Assembly (NCBI RefSeq): GCF_001194135.2
Contig: NC_068982.1
Coordinates: 19,028,843 to 19,089,618, forward strand
Direction of reading: 5' to 3'
Length of the DNA: 60,776 bases
Origin: Octopus bimaculoides
Taxonomy: Eukaryota
Shown here: in pieces, positions 37,323-48,830 of the stretch
How positions within the stretch are numbered: position 1 is the first letter of the stretch
Layout of the letters: each line of letters opens with the position of its first letter
The notes under the pieces: model-generated
What the model was told of the DNA's origin: nothing
Databases searched by the model: none
The model's input: the letters and a program-made list of their open reading frames with translations, nothing else
Translations under genes and position numbers: made by a program

Positions 37323-39614
37323 TACTGGAAACAAAGATTTTGTTACTGGGGTAAAAGTATATGTTTTAAACTAAATCGGGGATGCCGATTACGAATCCGC
37401 ATTCAGAATTGTTCTAGCACAACGGGATTTTTAGTTATGCGCATGCGCAAATTTACTGTACTTTCGGTTAGATATAAGCTGCATTATAACATTTGCTAAA
37501 ATGGAAGAGGTATTAATTCAAAATTAAAGAAATAACAGCAATGAAACAAACGATGAGTAAGTTCATTATTTAGTTTAGCAATAGATGGCGCTGACGTATT
37601 GTGTGCAATGCTAAATACGTCAGTTTTTTTTCTTGGTAATTTTCAGTGTTGTTTGCGCTGCCATCACGTCTCGTATGTGCACCTCTCGCTCAGTGTGATT
37701 ACTGTTTTAACTGTATTCATTGTGTCAGATCCGGAATAGGACAGGCTGTATGAATCACGCAGACAACTTTTGTTATGTCTATAGAAAATTTGTCCCGCGT
37801 AACCAGCGGAAGAACATTGCCATCAAATTAAAAACGGCCTATAAATATTATTTCAGGTGTAAAGTTGGGGACCAAGACAAGAGGTGGGTACTTCATATAT
37901 GCTGCACTGCTTGTTACACACTGACTGAATGGAAAACGGAAGGGAATGCCTTTTGCTGTATCAATGGTATGGCGTGAACCAACCAATCATGTCTCTGATT
38001 GTTACTTTTGCATGACTAATATTAGTTGTTTCTCAAAGAAGATCGAAGCCAAAATTGTGTATACAGATTGAAAGTCGGCTCTAAAACCGGTTCCACATGA
38101 CTTCGAGAACCAGTTTCCCTCTCACATGATTCACTTGAAGACCTTAACATGTCACACAATGAACACCCTGAGTGTCCTATAGACGAAGAGTACATAGTTG
38201 ATTCTAAGAAAAATGAGCCAGGCTAGTTTAACCAAAAAGTTTTGAACAACTTATTTAGAGACCTAGCATTGACAGGGGAGAGGGCAGAGGCTTTGGGATC
38301 CAAACTACAATAACAGAGTCTCCTACAGCAAGGTACGAAAATTTCCATTTTCCACTCTCACCATAAAGTCTTATCTGTCTTTTTCAAGCAAGAAAATAAT
38401 GCTTGTTTCTGTGCTGACGTTAATGCACTTATGTATAAACTAGGACACTTGCATCTGGCAAACGAACGGAGATTGTTTATAGACTGGAGTAAAGTTAGCC
38501 TCAAAGCTGTGTTGTCACATAATGGTAATGAAAATCGTCCAATTCTTGTGGATCATGTTGTCGGTATGGAAGAAAATTATGAATCAATGTAATTCACTTT
38601 GAAAGGAGGTAATTACTCAGTTCATACGTAGAATAGTCGTGGTGATTTAAAGGTGATTTCTCTCCTCCTAGGACTGTAGCTGAAATATACTAAAAATATG
38701 TGCATCTTGTGTGTTTGGAACAGCCGCAAACGACAGCAATATCATTACGCTGACCTTAAAGAGATAGCGCATGGTTGGTCGGTACAATATGCGCATATGC
38801 CACTGGGAGACCCACAAAAGACCTTCCTTCTAATGACACACGATAGTTGATGCTTTAAGTATCTAACGTAAAGTCTGGTGCAAAACGGAAAGCATACATT
38901 TTCATTGGACCCGAGATCAGAGAGATAGCAAATTCAGAGGTAAACTGAACCCAGTTGAATTGACAGCATGGGATTTATTCCTGTTAGTTGCACGGAACTT
39001 CTTGGAAATCGTAGGGCTGGAAATTATGCTGATTTAATAAACAACATGCTAACAGCGTATGAAAGAATGGAATGCCGAATGTTCCTTAAAATGCACTTCT
39101 TGTATTCTCATCTTGATTTTTTTCCAACGAATCTTTCTGCCTCTGGTGACGAGCATGGTGAGAGGTTCCACCAGCACATATCTGAGATGGAAACGAGGTA
39201 TCAAGGCCAGTTCAATCCACACATGATGGGTGACTACTCCTGGTTCCTACAACGGGAGACCAGCACGACGCACAAGCGCCAGAGCAAGTGTGTTAAACGT
39301 TTCTGAGCAGAGCATATCAAAAGTAACGTGAGTATTCCCTTAACATAAATATACTATGTACCATTATATTATAATATTATTTGCCTTAAACATAAATTTA
39401 CTATATACACTACGAGTATACTATTATAATAATTATTTACTTTGAACTTAACAATTCCTTATTCTAATATAGTATCAATATATAATTATGCGCATAACTC
39501 AAACTCCTGACGTGCTACAGCAATTCTGAGTTCAGATTCGGATTCGGCGTACTCGATATAGGTCAGTACATTTGTCTGGGTAGCAGACAATAAATCGTTT
39601 TCAGTTGCCCAGTG
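37323..39614 (+). mobile_element. Chapaev3-like (CMC superfamily) DNA transposon, full length, with about 130-bp imperfect TIRs, TAA TSD and a dead transposase
   Basis: Ends are TAA|TACTGG.. (37320-37328, one change from CACTGG) and ..CCCAGTG|TAA (39608-39617). Subterminal inverted similarity: GAATCCGCATTCAGAATTGTTCTAGCAC..TTAGTTATGCGCA versus TGCGCATAACTCAA..GTGCTACAGCAATTCTGAGTTCAGATTC. CAC..GTG termini with a 3-bp TWA TSD are the published Chapaev3 signature; the family name is from recall. Confidence 0.8.
37720..39306 (+). pseudogene. Transposase pseudogene of the Chapaev3-like element (many stops and frameshifts)
   Basis: Motifs occur in order: FCYV..AYKYYFRCKVGDQDKRWVLHICCTAC, WREPTNHVSDCYFC, RLFIDWSKVSLKAVLSHNGN, GDLKVISLLLG..YTKNMCILCVWNSR, LKMHFLYSHLDFFP..DEHGERFHQHISEMETRYQG. 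Confidence 0.88.
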
Positions 39615-41178
39615 TAATTACTGAAAGATGTAAGGTATATATAAAACAGATGTATTTATGATAATGTATTTTTGCGATTACGAATGTCAAACTGACATCG
39701 GCGTTCCGCCTTCAACTATTAGAACACTCATATCATTCAATGAGTTACGTTGTAACTTTACACCTCTACTTTTAGCAATCCTCCATTTTATGTTCACGTT
39801 TACTGCAGAAAACAGAAATATAGTACCTATGTAACTTTTAAAGCGTAAAAAACTGTTGTAATATTTGTTTATACTGAACATTTTAGAAGTTTCATAGAAA
39901 CCAGAAAAATTATCGTTTTGAAGAGTACTTTGAATTTTGAAGAAATTTCTTCATCGCAAAACTAGAAACAAAAAAAAACGACGGATGGGGGAAAACTTTT
40001 AAAAAGACTTTTAGTCGAAGCTCTGATAAAACATGAAAGCTGCCGGTTCTAGATCAAATTTTACTGAATGGAAACATTTTTGATTTTGCTTCATGAGAAA
40101 ANNNNNNNNNNNNNNNNNNNNNNNNNNNNNNNNNNNNNNNNNNNNNNNNNNNNNNNNNNNNNNNNNNNNNNNNNNNNNNNNNNNNNNNNNNNNNNNNNNN
40201 NNNNNNNNNNNNNNNNNNNNNNNNNNNNNNNNNNNNNNNNNNNNNNNNNNNNNNNNNNNNNNNNNNNNNNNNNNNNNNNNNNNNNNNNNNNNNNNNNNNN
40301 NNNNNNNNNNNNNNNNNNNNNNNNNNNNNNNNNNNNNNNNNNNNNNNNNNNNNNNNNNNNNNNNNNNNNNNNNNNNNNNNNNNNNNNNNNNNNNNNNNNN
40401 NNNNNNNNNNNNNNNNNNNNNNNNNNNNNNNNNNNNNNNNNNNNNNNNNNNNNNNNNNNNNNNNNNNNNNNNNNNNNNNNNNNNNNNNNNNNNNNNNNNN
40501 NNNNNNNNNNNNNNNNNNNNNNNNNNNNNNNNNNNNNNNNNNNNNNNNNNNNNNNNNNNNNNNNNNNNNNNNNNNNNNNNNNNNNNNNNNNNNNNNNNNN
40601 NNNNNNNNNNNNNNNNNNNNNNNNNNNNNNNNNNNNNNNNNNNNNNNNNNNNNNNNNNNNNNNNNNNNNNNNNNNNNNNNNNNNNNNNNNNNNNNNNNNN
40701 NNNNNNNNNNNNNNNNNNNNNNNNNNNNNNNNNNNNNNNNNNNNNNNNNNNNNNNNNNNNNNNNNNNNNNNNNNNNNNNNNNNNNNNNNNNNNNNNNNNN
40801 NNNNNNNNNNNNNNNNNNNNNNNNNNNNNNNNNNNNNNNNNNNNNNNNNNNNNNNNNNNNNNNNNNNNNNNNNNNNNNNNNNNNNNNNNNNNNNNNNNNN
40901 NNNNNNNNNNNNNNNNNNNNNNNNNNNNNNNNNNNNNNNNNNNNNNNNNNNNNNNNNNNNNNNNNNNNNNNNNNNNNNNNNNNNNNNNNNNNNNNNNNNN
41001 NNNNNNNNNNNNNNNNNNNNNNNNNNNNNNNNNNNNNNNNNNNNNNNNNNNNNNNNNNNNNNNNNNNNNNNNNNNNNNNNNNNNNNNNNNNNNCAGAATG
41101 ATTAATAGATATCATAAAATATTATAAAATATTATAAAATATATATGTATATTACACATGCACATGCGCACGCACATT

Positions 41179-41470
41179 GAAGGCGCGTGCCTTCGAGGTT
41201 AGGGTATTCGGTTCATGATCGTAAGGTCATGAGTTCGATTCCCAGCGTCCCTTGGTGGGTTTGAACAAACCATTTCATTTCATGTCGTTCTAGTTCACTC
41301 TACTATCAAACGTAGGCTGCATTCAAATGTCATTCAAATGACCAGCCTTGTTACGCTCAATTTTCCTAAGAACTCCATTAAGGGTACGCGTATCGGTGGA
41401 GTTTTAAGCCACTTCCACGTTAATTTCACGATCAGAACATTTGTCTTCGTATCCGCGGTGTGCCAGTTTT
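41179..41470 (+). mobile_element. tRNA-derived SINE
   Basis: GAAGGCGCGTG..GGTTAGGG..CATGATCGTAAGGTCATGAGTTCGATTCCC (B box 41231-41243), then the CCAGCCTTGT..CCTAAGAACT domain. Confidence 0.8.
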
Positions 41471-42620
41471 TCTTTTCTTTTTTTTTTTTGTCAATATTAC
41501 ACACATTTCAGTGTGACATTTTTCATCTAACGACTTATGCGCGGTCAGTTTATAAATAACAAATTACATATCATTCAACTGCAGCTACAGCATACTGCCC
41601 AAATTCAAAAAGACCTTTCATGAAAGTGTGACTGGATAGCCATAGCTCGAACAAACGTTTCGCAATACTAAATATCTCGATTAGACTCGCTCTATGGCTA
41701 AACAACACACACAAATTGTTTCATAATTTAATATTATTCAGCAGGTATGCTGAACAGAGTATATTAGAGAAAATATAGACATTTATGATATTGATTTTTG
41801 AATTTAGCACAAGGCCACACATTTGCTGAAACGATTAGTCGATTTAATCGATATCAATTCATGAATGAATTTTATCGAGCGCAAAAGGATATGAAACACA
41901 ATGGACGTCGATGAAATTTATACACAGGACTTAATCAAATGTTTCTTTGCATATTGTTAGTAGTGTCCGACATTTAACTATTCTGTAACTTTATTTAATT
42001 AGAACGAGTTCAGTAAAGCAATCGAACCGTACATATATCAGTTCCAGGAAACATTTATTGTTTTATACACCATACTGAGTTCGCAGTTTGATATAGTTTT
42101 ATATAATTTTGTTACTAGTAATGTTTTGAAAGACATAAATGGGGTCTTGAATGCATTTGTTCGCAGTTAGGCTTTTAGATATTCATCAGCTACACAGGGG
42201 TTTACAGAATATGAACCTCATGTTAAAAGATAAAACATGCTTCAATATTTACATTTACACAACCATTCGATTAGTTTGTTCACAGATTCCCATCAAAGGA
42301 ATTGCTCTTGGAAGGATGTATCATACAGGACAACGTGAGATTAATAAACTAAGTGTAAGAACTGACTCGTGTAAACGTACTGGTTTATTTGAAATAATAT
42401 AAAGCAATTTTCTACAAAAGAAGGCTTTTGTCAACATTTGAATTGATGTTTGTGGTTGAAGCGAGTACCTTTGATCTTTTAGGTCTCCGAGGTGATTTTC
42501 TTTTAATTGTAGAAACATCATTTCATATCTAGTTATAAGTGCATAGCCAGGTATGGAATTAGACCACACCGCTTCGTACAAATAACAGTAATACGAAGAA
42601 TAATATGTTCTACTATATAT

Positions 42621-42817
42621 ACAAGGTCTGAAATTTGTGTGGGAGTGGCAAATCGATTACATCGATCCTGTGTTCAAATTATACTCATGTCCTCGACCTC
42701 AAAAGTATGAAATGTAATATTGACCTTGGCGAAATTTCTACGCAGAACATAAAGACGAACAGAATGACGCTAAAAATTTCGTCCGACGTGCTAATGACTC
42801 TGCCAGCTCACCGTCCT
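42621..42817 (-). mobile_element. SINE whose head is duplicated as an inverted copy
   Basis: ACAAGGTCTGAAATTT..ATCGATTACATCGA..GACCTTGGCGAAATTT..CGACGTGCTAATGACTCTGCCAGCTCACCGTCC. Confidence 0.85.
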
Positions 42818-42840
42818 ATTAGGACGGTGAGCTGGCAGAG

Positions 42841-42896
<56 letters not shown>

Positions 42897-42983
42897 TAGT
42901 TTTAGTTTTATAACGTGCTTTCACTTCACTACCGAGCGCAATTATTATTATTANNNNNNNNNNTTTTCATATTATATTTTTTC

Positions 42984-43059
<76 letters not shown>

Positions 43060-44342
43060 TATTATAATGTGTGTTAGAATATAACGGTATGTAATTTTAT
43101 ATTGCAACGAATTATCATTTAGGTTTATAGAAGGTAATTTAGAATGGACTATAATAGTTATTGTATGCTTTAAAATGGTTAGAGTCGCTTTTCCACGGTA
43201 TAATTACTCCAGTTTCAACACACGATTTCAGATCAAATCTCTTGCAAAGAAGTACAACTCAAATATGATATTTCTGTAAGTTGAAAATATTGAATATTCG
43301 ATGCACTTTCTAACAGCTTCTTTGGCAACCATTCAAATTCTCGATCACTGATACTGGTTCGATATGTTCAGCAAGTAGTTTTGGTTATATAAGTGTATTA
43401 TATATACATATCTTATTTAGATATGAATTTTCTTTAATCATTAATAAGATTCATATTGGTGATAATTAAAAGGATCGAAGAGAAAAGTAACCTAAAGATA
43501 TATATGCAAATATATTTGTAATCAGCAAACCATGAATATTATTCGGTGCTTCTATTTTTCTCCATAAAAAGAAAACCGAAGAAAATGGGTCAGGTACTCC
43601 TCTACGCCACCATTATTTACAAAACGTGATATACATTCATCTGTTCACAAAGCAAACAGATGATATCTATCATATTTGCGGTAGCATAGATGTGTAAGGC
43701 CCGCAAAATATTGTTACTGTAAATATAGCTGCAGTATTGATGAATACAAATACTCTGTTTAGTAATGACTAATGAATTATGTTAGACGTATTTTAGTGCA
43801 ACAGTTTGGACTGCAAAGATTCAACAACACATATGAAATATATTCTGTAAGATTTCTTTTCGCTTCATAGAACATTCCTTCAAATTGCAGAACTTACAAG
43901 AAAATTATACTTCTCACAATGAAAATGAGAACACATTGTCACGAAGGCAAAGAGAGCACGTAAGAAGATGCATTATTCCTAATGAATTAACTGACATTGT
44001 ATCGTTATTTTTAACTGTTACAAACAAATGATTAAAAACAAATACATTAGAATTATTGAAATATGCGTGTACCTAAAGTAAATGCTATTTATGACACTTG
44101 AATTCAAGAATGTAACCTATCCTTTGCTGGAATTTTGGCACTCATGCAAATCATGCTACTTCATTATTTACACGAGGTTACATATATATATATTAGAATA
44201 CATAATGTCACATTAGCTCCTTTTATGAATCGCTACTGAGAAAACTGGAAAGTTATTTGTAAAAGTTTCAGCTACTAATCAAATATACAAAATCTACTCA
44301 TTGTATTGAGTAATCTTTCGTTACTTGTAAGCACAAGTGTTT

Positions 44343-44377
<35 letters not shown>

Positions 44378-45479
44378 TTTACACATACCCACAAATTACA
44401 CAAATATATATGCACATGCTTATACACACATACGCCCACTTATAAGATGCGCAGGCGACAAATATTTCGATAAATGAATCATTCATTTCCAAGGGTACCA
44501 TTGTAATCCTTACCATCATGCTATGTATCTATATTTAAAAACCTGTTTGAAGCATGGACGTTGCTTTATCTTTGTATTTCTTACCGCATTATAGAGGTAA
44601 TTATTGATTGAACTATAATCCATATACTTTCAAATTTACAGTATGTATCGATCGATACACTTCTTGATTGCATGAATGTGTTATATTTTTATGCATACCT
44701 TCCAGTAGTATAATATTCCTGAATCTTCATAGCAACGGGATAGGATATCAATACTATTTCAGTAACAGAAAGAGGTGTTATTCATAGTGCTATGATGCTA
44801 ATAAAATTTGTAGCAGTAATATATCACACATACACACGCTCACATTAACACATGCGTACGCTCCTACAATCACATACGCATTGTGTGAGTATGTGGGATT
44901 CCATATTATGCATTGCATTTGTGAGAGTGTTTCTGATAAATCATTAGTGTATGAATAAATTAATGAATATTATTTGTCTGCTTTCCATATACCGAAAGAC
45001 AGTCAGATTATTAATGACTATTTTCTCCATATGCTACCTATTCACAGTTTGATGAATTTGATATAAGTATTTACATAGAAGCGACGGAATACTGATTGCT
45101 GTATTTGAGTGGTTGAACTCTGTGTTCGCTATTGCTCTCTCGACACGCCAACCTGTACTATGTCATACATATTGTAAAATGTAAACATGTATTGAAATTG
45201 AGTTTGTCTGAATACGTACATCATAGTCCAATCAATAGCACTGGACGGCGAATAATACAAACGTCAATGTTATAATTTAATAAAAGATTTAGACTAATTG
45301 CCATTCGGAAAGCTAACAGAAGATAAGAAAGAGCAAGAATTCGGATCCGATTTGTCAAGTGGTTGCATGAAGAAAGAGTAAATAGTTTTTGAGCATTTAC
45401 AAGTTTAGAATTTAGAGTACACGTGATATTCAACATACTGACTAGTAAAGAACTCATGAACTGAAATGAACAAAGACAT

Positions 45480-45604
45480 ATCTTACATATATACATATAT
45501 ACATACATTCATACATAAATACATATATACATATATTCATACATAAATACATATATACATATATTCATACATAAATACATATATACATATATTCATACAT
45601 AAAT
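45480..45604. repeat. 26-bp minisatellite (TACATATATACATATATTCATACATAAA-like), left part; continues at 47380-47475 beyond the CR1 insertion
   Basis: Direct reading of tandem ATACATATATACATATATTCATACATAA units on both sides of the LINE. Confidence 0.9.
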
Positions 45605-47379
45605 TCAAGAATGTCTTCACCTCTCCTCTGAGTCACATGCAGATAAAGAACCCAGCTGATTTCTTTGACAATAGCACTCAGCAGAAGGGGACTGCATCCA
45701 TTACCTACATCGACATTGAAGAGGAAGATGTGATAGCTGCCATAAATGAAATGAGCTCAAATTCGGCAACTGGCCCCGATGGTTTCCCAGCTGTCCTCTT
45801 AAAGTCGTGTAAACAAGAATTAGCAGCACCACTCCNNNNNNNNNNNNNNNNNNNNNNNNNNNNNNNNNNNNNNNNNNNNNNNNNNNNNNNNNNNNNNNNN
45901 NNNNNNNNNNNNNNNNNNNNNNNNNNNNNNNNNNNNNNNNNNNNNNNNNNNNNNNNNNNNNNNNNNNNNNNNNNNNNNNNNNNNNNNNNNNNNNNNNNNN
46001 NNNNNNNNNNNNNNNNNNNNNNNNNNNNNNNNNNNNNNNNNNNNNNNNNNNNNNNNNNNNNNNNNNNNNNNNNNNNNNNNNNNNNNNNNNNNNNNNNNNN
46101 NNNNNNNNNNNNNNNNNNNNNNNNNNNNNNNNNNNNNNNNNNNNNNNNNNNNNNNNNNNNNNNNNNNNNNNNNNNNNNNNNNNNNNNNNNNNNNNNNNNN
46201 NNNNNNNNNNNNNNNNNNNNNNNNNNNNNNNNNNNNNNNNNNNNNNNNNNNNNNNNNNNNNNNNNNNNNNNNNNNNNNNNNNNNNNNNNNNNNNNNNNNN
46301 NNNNNNNNNNNNNNNNNNNNNNNNNNNNNNNNNNNNNNNNNNNNNNNNNNNNNNNNNNNNNNNNNNNNNNNNNNNNNNNNNNNNNNNNNNNNNNNNNNNN
46401 NNNNNNNNNNNNNNNNNNNNNNNNNNNNNNNNNNNNNNNNNNNNNNNNNNNNNNNNNNNNNNNNNNNNNNNNNNNNNNNNTCAATGCAACAAAATTTCAA
46501 GTACTGCGCTACAAGACCACAAGCACCTCCCAACTGGCATACACAGGGCCTGGAGGTACTGCAATCCCAGAACCACAAACAGAAAGAGATCTGGGCATCA
46601 ACATGTGTAGTGATGCATCATTTCACATGCACATTGTCAAGTTGACAGCAAAGTGCAGACAACTGGCAGGGTGGATACTGAGGACATTCCGTACAAGGGA
46701 TCAAAAAATCATGTTGATTCTATGGAAGACATTTGTTCTGAGCCGCCTAGACTATTGCTCTCAGTTGTGGTCACCACACAGTGTTAAGCGGACAGCAGAA
46801 CTCGAGGCAATTCAGCGGCACTATACAAGTAAGATCGCCACAGTCCAACAGCTGAACTACAGGGAACGACTGAAGGCACTAGGTCTCTACTCCCTGGAGC
46901 GCAGGTGAGAGAGATATGTAATAATATAGGTATGGAAAATACTGGAAGGACTGGTGCCAAACTTTGGTATCAAGTACTACAGGAATGCCCGCACGGGTCG
47001 CCACTGCATGGTGCCAAAGGTACCGTCCACTGCATCTCACATAAGAACGAGATACTGCAGCAGCCTCGGTTTCAGAGGACCTCAGCTCTTCAATGCCCTG
47101 CCAAAACATTTGAGAGACATGCAAGACATGGATGCGGAGGTCTTCAAGACAAAACTTGACGCTTTCCTCTCCACGATACCAGACGAACCAATGGATCGTA
47201 ATGAGACGCAGTTTAGGGCAGCTGTGTCAAATTCTCTTATACACCAGATGTGCCATCAAAACTCTTGATTGGACCATGTCAGGTGGGGGAGAAGAGCCAT
47301 GCGAGGAACGTGAAAATCACGGTGGTGCACCAGCATGACCGCAGCCACTTGGCTGAAACACATAAATTAAAAAAAAGAA
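45605..47379 (+). mobile_element. 5'-truncated CR1-like LINE (RT and C-terminal region, partly in an N-gap) with intact 3' end and probable 8-bp TSD
   Basis: ORF 45637..46908 has EEDVIAAINEMSSNSATGPDGFPAVLLK and ERDLGINM..FHMHI..ILRTFRTRD..LWKTFVLSRLDYCSQLWSPH..LEAIQRHYT..LNYRERLKALGLYSLERR. It continues VWKILEGLVPNFG..FRGPQLFNALPKHLRD..FKTKLDAFLSTIPDEP. An A-rich tail follows. ACATAAAT occurs at both 45597-45604 and 47380-47387. Confidence 0.92.
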
Positions 47380-47510
47380 ACATAAATACATATATTCATA
47401 CATAAATACATATATACATATATTCATACATAAATACATATATACATATATTCATACATAAATACATATATACATTTATGTGCGTACGGGTGTGTGTATA
47501 CGTACAAATA

Positions 47511-47912
47511 TAGGCGTAGGCGTGATTGTTTGGTTATAGGCTTGCTTCCCAGCCACATGGTTCCGGGTTCAGTCCCACAGCGTAGTACCTTGAACAGGTG
47601 TCTCAGTTGTCTTCCGTTATAGCGTCGGGCCGACCAAAGCCTTCTGAGTGATTTCGTAGACGGAAACTGAAAGATGACCCTCGTAAATATCTGTAAGTGT
47701 TGAGTGAGTGTGTGTGTTTTTATGTCTCTTTGTCCACCCACTACCGCTTGATAAACGGTATCGGTGTGTTTATATCCCTGTTACTTAGAAGTTCGGTAAA
47801 AGAAATAGATAGGATAAGTACTAGTGTTAAACAATAAGTCCTGAGGTCGACTAAAACCTTTCAAAGCGTTGCTCCATCATGGCCGCAGTCAAATGACTGA
47901 GACAAGCAAATG
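47511..47912 (+). mobile_element. Full-length tRNA-derived SINE with CR1-like 3' tail
   Basis: Head TAGGCGTAGGCGTG..TGGT; B box GGTTCAGTCCC (47566-47576); body GTCGGGCCGACCAAAGCCTT.TGAGTG.ATT.GTAGACGGAAACTGAAAGA; 3' end GCTCCATCATGGCCGCAGTCAAATGACTGAGACAAG. Confidence 0.88.
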
Positions 47913-48635
47913 AGCAGAAGTGTAATAGAATTGTTGGTATGGCTGTGGAATAGTATTATAACATATCCTTTTGATATATAAATGTGTGTATGTGTGTGCG
48001 TGTGTGTGTGTGCGTGTGTGTGTGTGTGTACGTATGTATGTATGTATATATGTAGGTATATAGATTATATTATAAAATAAGAGCAGGAAAATTACATAAA
48101 AAAAAAGAATCATCACTGAAGATATACGTCCAAAATAATATATTAATAGATAGATGTATAAATATATGCAGAATGATTATTTAAAAAGATTAAAAGTTTG
48201 AAATATCTTACGATCATTTCATGAATGTATTAACCTTCGAAATGGAATCTAAAATTGATAATAATTATTAGGTTAAAGATCCTCTCGTCAGAGAGAAAGA
48301 GGTTGAATTTTTGTGTAGTCAATCGAATGCTCTTTAAAAATACACGAAAAAGATGTTGTTTAAAAAGTTACTGGCATTTATATGCGTTAGTACTATGTTG
48401 TGCTAAATATTTTGAAGAAATAAGGTAAAATCCATTTTTTTAATGTAATTTTCTTGTACTTATTTTGTAGTATAGTATATAATCGCTCTTATTAAATGTC
48501 TAAATACCTTTAATGTTTTAGACATTTCCCTACCAAGAGCAATTATTAGAAATTCAGTATATTGTTTTCTCATTGAATATATTTGATTAACGATATGCAT
48601 TTATGTATGTATGTATGTATGTATGTATGTATGAT

Positions 48636-48830
48636 TGATCGCTGACCAAAACATTCAATTTTATTCCTCCGTGTTTTTCTCCTTGTTTTCTCCATATTCC
48701 TTCTGTTGAAGAGCGTAGCTCGAAACGTTAAGGACTTTCTGTATTCCCGAGCGTTAAACTAATACATCCTTTTGTTGTTTACACCACCTGTCCTCGTCTG
48801 TTGTTGTTTTTTTCGTAAATTCTCCCATAT
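48636..48830 (+). mobile_element. Short repeat resembling a Penelope-like element terminal repeat, containing a minimal hammerhead motif
   Basis: It lies between (TATG)n and (TA)n microsatellites and carries CTGTTGAAGAGCGTAGCTCGAAACGTT, the CTGANGAA..CGAAACGT signature of PLE ends. No RT or GIY-YIG coding sequence is seen. Confidence 0.5.
48698..48734 (+). ncRNA. Minimal type I hammerhead ribozyme-like motif (one core substitution)
   Basis: Stem I TCCTT/AAGGA; core CTGTTGA plus an extra A; stem II GAGC-gta-GCTC; GAAA; palindromic stem III ACGT; predicted cleavage triplet GUU at 48727-48729. Confidence 0.55.

Noticed and set aside
41179-41250. tRNA-like sequences with A and B boxes (also at 2460, 7400, 26570, 47511, 55590)
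   Set aside because: They lack a complete cloverleaf and are followed by SINE bodies; they are SINE heads, not tRNA genes.
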